From contig CAJWCD010000006.1 of assembly GCA_913020725.1 (NCBI GenBank), positions 1-53,773 of the forward strand: DNA of 53,773 nt. The letters are read 5' to 3'. A model generated the notes under the pieces. It saw nothing but the letters and a program-made list of their open reading frames with translations, did not search any database and had not been told where the DNA came from. Source of the DNA: an uncultured Pseudomonadota bacterium. Lineage in GTDB: Bacteria; SAR324; NAC60-12. This document shows, one piece after another, positions 1 to 8,163 of the stretch (positions within the stretch are counted from its first letter, which is position 1; every line of letters begins with the position of its first letter). The position numbers were made by a program, and so were the translations under genes.

Positions 1-143
1 GTCCATTTACGAACTCTTCTTTAGAAAGGTGATGTTTGAATCACTCGTTTCCTATGAGTGCGGGTGTGCAAGTCCCTAAACTTCAGACAAGTTTCTATTT
101 CTTCAGGTTACTGATGGGTCCTTCTCCTTTTTCTTTTTCCAAT

Positions 144-1859
144 TCACAAGAACTTCTTCCAATCTACTTTCAGTCTCATAAAGTCAATTCCCTCGTATTT
201 GAGTTTTGAGATTCCATCCTGATAGAGAATCTTTGGTCCAAAACCTCCCTTGAAATAAACGGTGGTGGATAATGTTTTTTGTTTGTGTCCGTCCAACCCA
301 TTCACGATCTCTTCACGAACTCCGTTCTGTAGAAGGTTCGTAATGAAGGTGTGTCTCAAGGAATGGAAGACCTTGTTTTGGGTTTCGTGAATCTGTAATT
401 TGTTGAGATACGAACTGTTGAACCACCTCCCAACATTTCTACCATACCCGTCTCTGGTCTTCTTCAACTCCCAAAATACTCTGTCCTTGTTTCTCTTTTT
501 CAAGAACTCTACATAATCAACGAAACCCAGTTTTTTCAGTGTCGGGTGAATTGGGACAATACGGACACTCTGGATGTTCTTGGTTTTCGTCTCACCAGTG
601 TTGTCAATCTTTATCACGTCACACTTCCCGTCCTCATAGACATCCTCAACCCTCAACTGACAGATTTCATCAAGTCTCATCCCCGTGAATAAACCTATCA
701 GTGGAACCCAGTAGTAGGGTAATTTGATCGTTTTCATTCTGTCATTGATTGTTGATCTCAAATAATTGTCAGGAGAGAAAATCGTTTGTAGTTCCGTTGT
801 GGTGAAATGATCTCTTGGAGTCTCCACCTTTGTAATTGAAATAGTCAGTCCCTCAAAATAGTTTTCCGGGACAAAATCACCATAATTGTTTCTCAACCAC
901 TTGAAGAATATTCTTACCCTGTAAATCAATTTGTTGAGATTCTTGGGTTCCTGTCCTTGAATACCCTTCATCTCAAGAATCTCAAGAATGGTCTTCCCCC
1001 TGTACCTTTTATCCTGTGTTCTGTGTTTTGGTAATCGTTGAATGACCCTCTTGAACTCCCTTCCGTGATCGTGGGAAACCAGTTCAATAGGAAGATCACC
1101 AATGATCTCAATAAGGTCGTTGATTGTTGATCTCAACTCCCTTGTTGATTTTGGACTTCTTCCGGACAACAACCGTTCTTCAAGGAAATCATCCCTAACT
1201 TGGGAGAGTTTTGGTGAAGTGACGTTCTTGTCCCTCTTCCCCGTCACCTCCGGAACTTCCGGACTTTCCTTGAAAACCTCTTCAGTCTCGTCAAACAACT
1301 CATCAACGAAATTGAGGTCTGGTTTCCTCTCCCCCAACAGGATTCCCCTTTTCCTCTTGATCGTCTGGTTCTTGATCCCTATGAGGTTTTCACGGAGTGT
1401 TCTAAACTGGATTGAGTTTCTATCAACCTCATAACCGTGACTGGACAGGAGTTTTTCCACTTCGTCATCAAAGTCCTTCTTCTCTCTGTTCTTCAGTCCG
1501 GTTTGTTCCATATCAAGGGTTTCAAGTCCTCTCTCAATATTCTTCCGGTCACTCCGGTCAATCCCAATATACGAGTAGTAGTTGGAATGTCTCTTGGACT
1601 TCTCTACCTCCTGTCTCAATATCCCCTTGATGTCTTCAACTGTGAGGGACTTCAGTTTTCCCATACGAACCTCCTGATAGATGGACTGGACAAGAAAATT
1701 GAGATGGTGGGACAACCTGACACTTTCCCTACGAATACCATTTCCAAGGGAAAGTGTGAAGTGTGACCGACCCTCAAAGACCGTCACCAAGTCCCTTGGA
1801 ACGACAGAACGGAAGAAATAGGACTGGTTCGGGGATTTCCGTAGAATGTGGTGGGACAT
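144..1859 (-). CDS. Site-specific tyrosine recombinase/integrase with an N-terminal DUF6538-like arm-binding region; alanine-free
   Basis: N-terminal YFFRSVVPRDL motif; catalytic motifs TGMRLDEICQL, TKTK, FHSLRHTF, LDGH, TTVY; adjacent to a tRNA. Confidence 0.93.
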   Translation of the reverse strand: MSHHILRKSPNQSYFFRSVVPRDLVTVFEGRSHFTLSLGNGIRRESVRLSHHLNFLVQSIYQEVRMGKLKSLTVEDIKGILRQEVEKSKRHSNYYSYIGIDRSDRKNIERGLETLDMEQTGLKNREKKDFDDEVEKLLSSHGYEVDRNSIQFRTLRENLIGIKNQTIKRKRGILLGERKPDLNFVDELFDETEEVFKESPEVPEVTGKRDKNVTSPKLSQVRDDFLEERLLSGRSPKSTRELRSTINDLIEIIGDLPIELVSHDHGREFKRVIQRLPKHRTQDKRYRGKTILEILEMKGIQGQEPKNLNKLIYRVRIFFKWLRNNYGDFVPENYFEGLTISITKVETPRDHFTTTELQTIFSPDNYLRSTINDRMKTIKLPYYWVPLIGLFTGMRLDEICQLRVEDVYEDGKCDVIKIDNTGETKTKNIQSVRIVPIHPTLKKLGFVDYVEFLKKRNKDRVFWELKKTRDGYGRNVGRWFNSSYLNKLQIHETQNKVFHSLRHTFITNLLQNGVREEIVNGLDGHKQKTLSTTVYFKGGFGPKILYQDGISKLKYEGIDFMRLKVDWKKFL

Positions 1860-1876
1860 AGAACCTCTTGGGATGA

Positions 1877-1900
1877 AAAAGTGTTCCCAAAAGTGTTCCC
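1877..1900. repeat. Tandem 12-bp direct repeat AAAAGTGTTCCC x2, a probable integrase arm-type binding site
   Basis: Perfect tandem copies at 1877-1888 and 1889-1900, between the integrase start and the tRNA 3' end. Confidence 0.6.
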
Positions 1901-1979
1901 TTGGTTGGAAAATCCCACCAACAACGTGGAAATTATGAAACTATAACACCAATAAAATCAGTATATTACAGTCATACCC

Positions 1980-2069
1980 TGGCGGAGAGAGAGGGATTCG
2001 AACCCCCGGTGACGTTGCCGCCACAATAGATTTCGAGTCTACCGCCTTCGACCACTCGGCCATCTCTCC
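1980..2069 (-). tRNA. tRNA-Ser(CGA), 90 nt, long variable arm, encoded CCA
   Basis: Reverse complement: GGAGAGATGGCCGAGTGGTCGAAGGCGGTAGACTCGAAATCTATTGTGGCGGCAACGTCACCGGGGGTTCGAATCCCTCTCTCTCCGCCA. Acceptor stem GGAGAGA/TCTCTCC, anticodon CGA, GTTCGAATC T-loop. Confidence 0.96.
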
Positions 2070-2083
2070 GCGGCGGGGAGTCC

Positions 2084-2488
2084 TCAGAAGGGCTTGGTTT
2101 GGACCAGCCAGATCATGAGGACGGAGGTGCAGAAAATCCCGATGTGCACGAACATCGCCAGCGGTTTGGGCAAATCCTTATTGCGGATTTGCCGCCCGTT
2201 CAGGAACCCGAACAGGATCAACACGAGCAACAGTCCCAGCTTGGCGTGAAGCCAACCGGACTGGAAGTGGCCCCATGTGGAGGCGAGGTAGAATCCGGAC
2301 CCGATGGTGACAACGAGGATCGGGTGGTAGATGAACAGGTAGATTCGCCACTGAATCCACTGAACGCCCTCGACCTGCATGGGGTCGGTCATCCGCAACC
2401 GGAAGATCACCGAGAGCGACTGCACAAAGAGGGTGCCCACCACCAAGCAGACCGAGGTGACGTGAAGAGCCAGCATGAAATTGAACAT
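2084..2488 (-). CDS. Four-TM membrane protein, HemJ/CopD-like family
   Basis: Hydrophobic helices, early LALHV, GWLHAKLGL motif, C-terminal KPF. Confidence 0.55.
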   Translation of the reverse strand: MFNFMLALHVTSVCLVVGTLFVQSLSVIFRLRMTDPMQVEGVQWIQWRIYLFIYHPILVVTIGSGFYLASTWGHFQSGWLHAKLGLLLVLILFGFLNGRQIRNKDLPKPLAMFVHIGIFCTSVLMIWLVQTKPF

Positions 2489-2667
2489 GATCAGATCCGC
2501 AAAATGAAAAACATTATTATCCTCTGACGGGCTGGGGGTTTCAAGTCGGTTCCCAACTCTAGGGTAACTTTCGTCTTTCGGGTTGTGGGGAATGGCGTAC
2601 TTTCATTGAGACTCGTCTTGAACCCTGCTTCCCAAGTTTTCTGGACAAACCACTCTGCTGTTGACCG

Positions 2668-3894
2668 ATGCTGGATTACGCCGCTGCTCGTGCGCTGGTT
2701 TTTGAACACACCCGCCCCCTGAGCCATGAACTGCGCCCGCTTCCGGAAGCACGGGGATTTGCCGCCGCCGAGGATTTGCGGGCCTCCCATCCGCTGCCCC
2801 TGTTTGACAACTCCGCGATGGACGGCTATGCCGTGCGCTCGGAGGAAGTGTCCGAAGCGGGGGAAGGGGGTCCGGTGCTGCTAGAAAATCTCGGCTACAT
2901 TCCTGCGGGCGATCCAGGTGATTTTCAGGTTGGACCAGGACAGTGCGCCCAGATTGCGACCGGTGCGCCCGTGCCGCCGGGAGCCGATGCGGTGGTGATG
3001 AAAGAGGACGTGCGGGTGAACGGTCAGCAGGTGGCGGTCCTGAAAGCACTACGGCGGCATGAGAACCTGCGCTTTCGCGGCGAGGACATTGCCGAAGGAC
3101 GGGTGATCATTGCACAAGGCACCCGCATTGGTCCTGCGCAAATTTCGGTGCTGGCGTCGTTTGGGTTTGCGGAGGTGCCTGTGATTCGACCCCCGTCGGT
3201 GAGCATTGTTTCCACCGGCAATGAACTGGTGGAGGTGCAGGAACAGCCGGGGCCGGGGCAACTTCGGGAATCCAACCGCTACATGCTGCGGGCATTGATT
3301 GAAGAGGAAAACTGTCCCGTTGATCTGGTGCAGATGGCTCCGGACGACCCCGGAAAGTTGCGCAAAATTTTTTCCCAAGCGCTGGAAGCCGACCTCATGC
3401 TCATCTCTGGTGGCATGTCGGTGGGCGATCATGATTTCACAAAATCCACCTTTGCGGAACTGGGCATTGAGCGACTGTTCTGGAAGATTCGGGTCAAGCC
3501 GGGCAAGCCGCTGTTTTTCGGGCGGCGTGGAGACACGCTGGTGTTTGGGTTGCCGGGCAATCCCTCATCGAGCTATGTACTGTTTGGCGAGTTTGTGCGT
3601 CCAGCAATTCGGAAAATGATGGGCCTGCGCGATCTGGAATTGCCGATGGTCAATGCCGTGTTGGCCGAGCCTGTGTCCGAGTGTATTCCCCGGATGCAGT
3701 TTTTACGGGCGCAACTTTGGGAATCCGGAGGCGAGTATCGGGTGCGGCAACTGCCGTTTCAGGGCTCCAACAGCATCGGCTCGCTGGTGGACTCGAACGC
3801 GCTGATTCAGGTGGAACCCAACACGCCAGGACTCCCTGCCGGAACCCGAGTGCGGGTGCGACCCCTGAACAACTCCATCGTGCTGCCGGAATGA
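2668..3894 (+). CDS. moeA: Molybdopterin molybdotransferase
   Basis: FDNSAMDGYAV, IATGAPVPPGADAVV, STGNEL, SGGMSVGDHD, KPGKP, GLPGNP. Confidence 0.95.
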   Translation: MLDYAAARALVFEHTRPLSHELRPLPEARGFAAAEDLRASHPLPLFDNSAMDGYAVRSEEVSEAGEGGPVLLENLGYIPAGDPGDFQVGPGQCAQIATGAPVPPGADAVVMKEDVRVNGQQVAVLKALRRHENLRFRGEDIAEGRVIIAQGTRIGPAQISVLASFGFAEVPVIRPPSVSIVSTGNELVEVQEQPGPGQLRESNRYMLRALIEEENCPVDLVQMAPDDPGKLRKIFSQALEADLMLISGGMSVGDHDFTKSTFAELGIERLFWKIRVKPGKPLFFGRRGDTLVFGLPGNPSSSYVLFGEFVRPAIRKMMGLRDLELPMVNAVLAEPVSECIPRMQFLRAQLWESGGEYRVRQLPFQGSNSIGSLVDSNALIQVEPNTPGLPAGTRVRVRPLNNSIVLPE

Positions 3895-4958
3895 GTGAAA
3901 CCACGCTGTGCGGTTTGGCCGAAACGCTGGGGCTGGAGTGGTCCGGAAACGGCGATCTCGTGCTGACCCATGCGTGCGGATTGGACGCATTGGGCACCGG
4001 AGGGCTGGCGTACCTGACCGATCCCAAAGGACTGGGTAACGTTCCGGTTCCGGAAGGGTCGTTCAAGCGCACACGGGCAGCACTCGACGATCTGGAACCC
4101 GGAGGATTTGCGCTGCTGGTGCCGCCGTCAATGCGAAACGACGCGCATCCGCTCATTTACGCCGAGGACCCGCTGGAGGCGCATGTGCGGGCGACGAGAT
4201 TACTGCACCCCGCCGTGTTGCCACCTGCGGGAATCCATCCCACCGCAGTGGTGGGTGAGGGCGTGGAACTGGACGAAAACGTGACGGTGGGGCCGCACGT
4301 TGCGCTCTACGACAGAGTGCGCATTGGCGCAGGGACTGTGCTACACGCAGGCGTGGCCGTGATGTCAGACGTGATGATCGGCGCGGATTGCATGTTGCAT
4401 CCCAACGTGGTGATTGAATCCGGCTGCGAGTTGGGAAATCGTGTTGAGGTGCAATCCGGCGCGGTGATCGGTGCGGATGGCCACGGTTATTTCCAGCGCA
4501 AGGGGGTGAACCACAAGATTCCGCAGGTGGGCAAGGTCCGGATCGAGGATGATGTGGAGATTGGCGCAAACACAACGGTGGACCGGGGACGGTTCCGGAC
4601 CACCGTGATTGGCGCGGGCAGCAAGCTCGACAATCAGGTGCAGATCGCCCATAATGTGGAGTTGGGAGCGCAGGCGCTGGTTTCGGCGCAAACCGCGATT
4701 GGCGGCAGCGTCCGCACCGGGCACCACCTCATCCTCGGCGGGCAAACGGGCATCCGGGACAACGTGGTTCTCGGCGATCACGTCACGGTCGCAGCTCGTG
4801 GCGTGGTGACATCCAACACTCCGGAAAAATCGGTGATCGGCGGCATGCCCGGACGACCGCTCGACCAGTGGCGGCGCATCCAGTCGCTCATCAACCGTTT
4901 GGAGGAACTGTTTGAGCGCGTGAAACGCTTAGAGACAAATCGCAAAGAGGAAGCATGA
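3891..4958 (+). CDS. lpxD: UDP-3-O-acylglucosamine N-acyltransferase
   Basis: Hexapeptide repeats; IGADGHGY, KIPQVGKVRIEDDVEIGANTTVDRG, KLDNQVQIAHNV. ATG at 3891 overlaps the moeA stop (ATGA). Confidence 0.93.
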   Translation: MSETTLCGLAETLGLEWSGNGDLVLTHACGLDALGTGGLAYLTDPKGLGNVPVPEGSFKRTRAALDDLEPGGFALLVPPSMRNDAHPLIYAEDPLEAHVRATRLLHPAVLPPAGIHPTAVVGEGVELDENVTVGPHVALYDRVRIGAGTVLHAGVAVMSDVMIGADCMLHPNVVIESGCELGNRVEVQSGAVIGADGHGYFQRKGVNHKIPQVGKVRIEDDVEIGANTTVDRGRFRTTVIGAGSKLDNQVQIAHNVELGAQALVSAQTAIGGSVRTGHHLILGGQTGIRDNVVLGDHVTVAARGVVTSNTPEKSVIGGMPGRPLDQWRRIQSLINRLEELFERVKRLETNRKEEA

Positions 4959-5218
4959 ACGGAGGATTTCTCGGCTCACTGGTGCAGGTGCTGAATGCCA
5001 TGCTCACGCTTTTCAGCCTGCTGCTCGTTGCCTACGCGATGATCTCGTGGGTGCGCCCGGACCTGAACAACTCGGTGGTGCGCTTTTTACGCAGCATGGT
5101 GGAACCGGTCCTCACGCCCGTCCGCAAGGTGCTGCCTCCGAGGGGTGGGGTGGATTTCTCTGTACTTGCGGTTCTCTTCGTGATCTACCTGCTCCGTGCC
5201 GCGCTGGCCTCCTACTGA
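4955..5218 (+). CDS. yggT: YggT family membrane protein
   Basis: ISWVRPD...EPVLTPVRKVLPPRGGVDFS motif; 87 aa. Confidence 0.9.
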   Translation: MNGGFLGSLVQVLNAMLTLFSLLLVAYAMISWVRPDLNNSVVRFLRSMVEPVLTPVRKVLPPRGGVDFSVLAVLFVIYLLRAALASY

Positions 5219-6402
5219 TCCCCGAGTTTCGCCAAGTCCTTCTTCGCCTCCCGCGCTGCCGACGACCCCGGATAGCGCTGCGTGACCTCCTCCCAGTAAT
5301 AGCGCGCCTGCTCGGTCTGCTTGCGCCGCATCATGATCCGTCCCAGCATCAAAATCGCCTCCGGAGTCTTGTACCCCTGCGAGGTGGGAAGATGTTCATA
5401 GTTGCGCAGCACCTTGCGGAAGGCGAGTTCGGCATCCTCCAACTGGCGGAGTTTGAAGTGCGCGTGCCCCACCCAATGCTGAGCGTTGTCCGCATCCAAG
5501 TCGTCCGGAAACTGGATGACAAGGTTCTCGAACATGCGGATCGCCTCATCGTAATTCTGCTTGATGAGCGCGTCCATTCCCTGATTGTAGAGCTTCTTCA
5601 CACCCGGACGACGGCGCAGCAGTTGCGGGGTTGCCGGAGGGTCAAGATCGGGATCGTGGAAGCCAGGTTTCTGTTTTTTGGGCGCCGCAACTGCTGCGAC
5701 GGTTGCGGTTGCGGCGGTCGTGGTGGTGTCCGGTTGAGCCGAGGCTGTGGCTTCCGTGAGAGGCAAGCCTGGCAGTGGGTCATCTCCAGATCGAGCAGCA
5801 ACAGGTTCGGTGTCCTGCAAATCGTCAGAGTCCTTGAGATCGTCTTCGTTGATTTCCTCAGCAGGTTTGGGCGTGGTGCCAATCAGCGAAAAGGTGGTGA
5901 TGGCGGATTCGACCTGCACGGGAGTTTTTTCCTCGGGTTTCGCAGGTTCGGGTGCTAGCTCAGGTTCAGCTTCCGGTTTGGACGGTTCCGATGCCATCGG
6001 CTTGGCGGTGGCGGCCGTGTTTTGCGTGGGAATGGGAGCCGCCGGGCGGTTGTTCACTTCCGCCAAAGCCTGCTCCTGTTGTGCGAGCGAATCTGCCACC
6101 GAGCGTTCCATCAGCGCAAAGTTGGTTTCCCACTGTGTTTGCAGCCGCAGAAAATCCTCGTCCCGTCGTTTGAGAGCAGCCTGCACCTCCGCAAATTCTA
6201 CGCGCAGTTGCTGATTCTCCCGCTGGAGTGCCGTGAATTCCTCACGCAGCAGCACAACCGCATCCTCTCCGGGATCAACGGTTGCGGTGACGACGGTGGT
6301 GGGTTGCGACGCTTGTGTGGGTTCTGTCGCCGGGGCATTGGGACGCAAGGCGGCGCATCCGCTCAGGAGCAATGTGGCCAGCACGGCGAGGCGGAAACTC
6401 AT
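5212..6402 (-). CDS. Lipoprotein with coiled coil, long acidic/Pro-rich linker and C-terminal TPRs (CpoB/YbgF-like)
   Basis: Lipobox LLSGC; C-terminal FPDDLDADNAQHWVG, KTPEAILMLG, YPGSSAAREAK. Confidence 0.7.
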   Translation of the reverse strand: MSFRLAVLATLLLSGCAALRPNAPATEPTQASQPTTVVTATVDPGEDAVVLLREEFTALQRENQQLRVEFAEVQAALKRRDEDFLRLQTQWETNFALMERSVADSLAQQEQALAEVNNRPAAPIPTQNTAATAKPMASEPSKPEAEPELAPEPAKPEEKTPVQVESAITTFSLIGTTPKPAEEINEDDLKDSDDLQDTEPVAARSGDDPLPGLPLTEATASAQPDTTTTAATATVAAVAAPKKQKPGFHDPDLDPPATPQLLRRRPGVKKLYNQGMDALIKQNYDEAIRMFENLVIQFPDDLDADNAQHWVGHAHFKLRQLEDAELAFRKVLRNYEHLPTSQGYKTPEAILMLGRIMMRRKQTEQARYYWEEVTQRYPGSSAAREAKKDLAKLGDQ

Positions 6403-7178
6403 GACCCACTCTGCGAGAGCAGGTTCTGGGATTTCAGGAACTGCACCACCTGTTCAAGTTCCGCCGCCGCTTTGGGTTGCTGATTGCGGTGGTAGGCTTC
6501 GATGAGCCGCTGCGCGACAGTGGCCGTGCGCGGGAATTCCGGATAGTTCCGGAGCAGGTGACGGTAGCGCGAAATCGCCGAACCGTAGGCTTCCTGCCCA
6601 AAGTACCACTCGCCCACCAGCAACTCATGCTCCGCGAGGTCTGCCCGCGCCTTGCGCTGGTAGTCTGTGACTGCTTCCAGATACGGACTCTGGGGATAGA
6701 GCAGATAAAAACGCTGGTACTCCCGCAGGATGGTGCGGTTCGGTTCCATGTTGCGGTCATACTCGCGGGCCGGGAAGAAGAGACCGTAGGCGTTGCGTTC
6801 GTAGTTGAGCGCGATCAGCCGGTTGAGGACGTAGGGCGTGAGATGGCTGCGCGGGTTGAGGGTGAGGAAGGCGCGGTAGGCGGTTTCCGCCTCTTCCCAC
6901 TTGCGACGCTCAAAGTTGAGGTCGCCCACCTTAAGATGCGCGAGCGTGGCAAGACGTGTGCTGGGATGCTCACCGATTAGCGTTTGTAGCTGCTTTTCTG
7001 CCTCCGTTGCCAGCCCGTCCTCCTCCGCGATGATTGCCTGATTGTACAACTCACGGGCCGGAGTGCGGATTTGTCGGACTTCCTCTGCACACCCAGAAAA
7101 CAAGACCGTGAACAGTGAACAGTGAACAGTGAACAGCAACCAATGCTTCCTGTTCACCTTGGGCGGAAGGAATCGCAT
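6399..7178 (-). CDS. bamD: Outer membrane protein assembly factor BamD
   Basis: Lipobox FSGC; AHLKVGD, YRAFLTLNPRS, YPQSPY, LAEHELLVGEWY...SAISRY...YP pattern. Confidence 0.85.
   Translation of the reverse strand: MRFLPPKVNRKHWLLFTVHCSLFTVLFSGCAEEVRQIRTPARELYNQAIIAEEDGLATEAEKQLQTLIGEHPSTRLATLAHLKVGDLNFERRKWEEAETAYRAFLTLNPRSHLTPYVLNRLIALNYERNAYGLFFPAREYDRNMEPNRTILREYQRFYLLYPQSPYLEAVTDYQRKARADLAEHELLVGEWYFGQEAYGSAISRYRHLLRNYPEFPRTATVAQRLIEAYHRNQQPKAAAELEQVVQFLKSQNLLSQSGS
7108..7135. repeat. Heptamer tandem repeat (GTGAACA)x4 within the bamD signal-peptide coding region
   Basis: Four perfect copies, encoding LFTVHCSLFT on the minus strand. Confidence 0.9.
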
Positions 7179-7183
7179 GGGGT

Positions 7184-8071
7184 TCAGGCGCGGCGCTTGC
7201 GGTAACGGATGAACGTGATTTCGTTGCCACGCTCGTTCCAGAGAACCTCGTCCATGAAGTTGTGAATCAACACCAGCCCGCGTCCTGCGTTCTGGAAGAG
7301 ATTTTCCGGATCGGCGGCATCCGGGAGGTTTTGATGGGCGAAACCTTTGCCCTCGTCGCGGATGATGTACTTCACAGAATTGCGGGTGACTTCGTACTGG
7401 ACCACCACCTTGCGGTCGCAGTAGGGTTCCTGCTCGGACTGTAGTCGGGCGGTGGCGTGGAATGCCTCAAAATTACCCTCGCGGAGTTGCGCGGAGAGTT
7501 CGAGATTGCCGTGGAAGATCGCATTCTCCAGCGCCTCCTTGAGCAGCAGGTTGACAAGAAACTGGTCTCGGGGTTCGATCAGTTTGTAAACCCGCAGGTC
7601 ACGGGTCAGCACTGCTGCGACTTGGGGGATCATCTCGAAATCGTTGCCGATCTCCAGCGTGAGGGATTCTTGCACGAGGCATTCGGGCGCAAGCCCCACA
7701 TCCGGAAAACCCTTGGAGAGCGACTCGATGCGGTTGAGGGTGTGCTGCACCATCGCGGGCTTGAGTGGCTTGGTGAGGAAATCACACGCGCCAAGGCTCA
7801 GCGCCTGAAGGATGGGTTCGGGATTGGTGGTCTTAGCGGTGAGGACGAAAGGCAGTTCGGGCTGGCGCTCACGCACCTCCTTGATGAGTTCCAGTCCGCC
7901 GAGTTTAGGAAGCATCAGCCCACACAGCACGGCATCCGGTGAGGTCTCCTCAAAGCTGTGCAGCGCCTCCTCCCCATCCAACGCATAAAGCGCAGTGTGA
8001 GGGGTGCCCGCGAGGAGCGATTCAAACTCGTCGAGAATCTCCGAATTCTCGTCAACGATCAGCAGTTTCAT
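7184..8071 (-). CDS. Receiver-like domain fused to a HATPase_c (RsbW/SpoIIAB-like) domain
   Basis: N-terminal REC fold (LLIVDE...FLTKP); C-terminal EALENAIFHGN, IRDEGKGF, GRGLVLIHNFMDEV..NERGN. Confidence 0.85.
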   Translation of the reverse strand: MKLLIVDENSEILDEFESLLAGTPHTALYALDGEEALHSFEETSPDAVLCGLMLPKLGGLELIKEVRERQPELPFVLTAKTTNPEPILQALSLGACDFLTKPLKPAMVQHTLNRIESLSKGFPDVGLAPECLVQESLTLEIGNDFEMIPQVAAVLTRDLRVYKLIEPRDQFLVNLLLKEALENAIFHGNLELSAQLREGNFEAFHATARLQSEQEPYCDRKVVVQYEVTRNSVKYIIRDEGKGFAHQNLPDAADPENLFQNAGRGLVLIHNFMDEVLWNERGNEITFIRYRKRRA

Positions 8072-8163
8072 GCATGGAGCCCGTTTGGAGCGGCGTGTTT
8101 GCTCACCCGCCCGCTAGGTGTGCGAAGATCATGTTACCAAAACGCGGTGAGCAACACAAATGC

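Larger units (their letters stand above)
1..1979. mobile_element. Right end of a tRNA-Ser-integrated genomic island/prophage-like element that continues beyond the left edge of the window
   Basis: Integrase gene lies directly next to the tRNA 3' end. Sequence is AT-richer than the host. GpC is absent from 70 to 1981 and composition changes abruptly at the tRNA. Confidence 0.85.

Noticed and set aside
1102..1766. Three plus-strand ORFs inside the integrase
   Set aside because: Antisense shadows with no recognisable motifs. Useful only as confirmation that no frame contains Ala.
144..1859. Alternative genetic code or low GC content as the reason for zero alanine
   Set aside because: The standard code gives an intact integrase. 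Gly, Pro, Arg and CpG are plentiful, and GpC is missing in all frames and in non-coding DNA.
2490..2667. Moco riboswitch before moeA; also preQ1 before queF and a T-box before glyQ
   Set aside because: I could not find the conserved motifs by eye. A covariance-model search would be needed.
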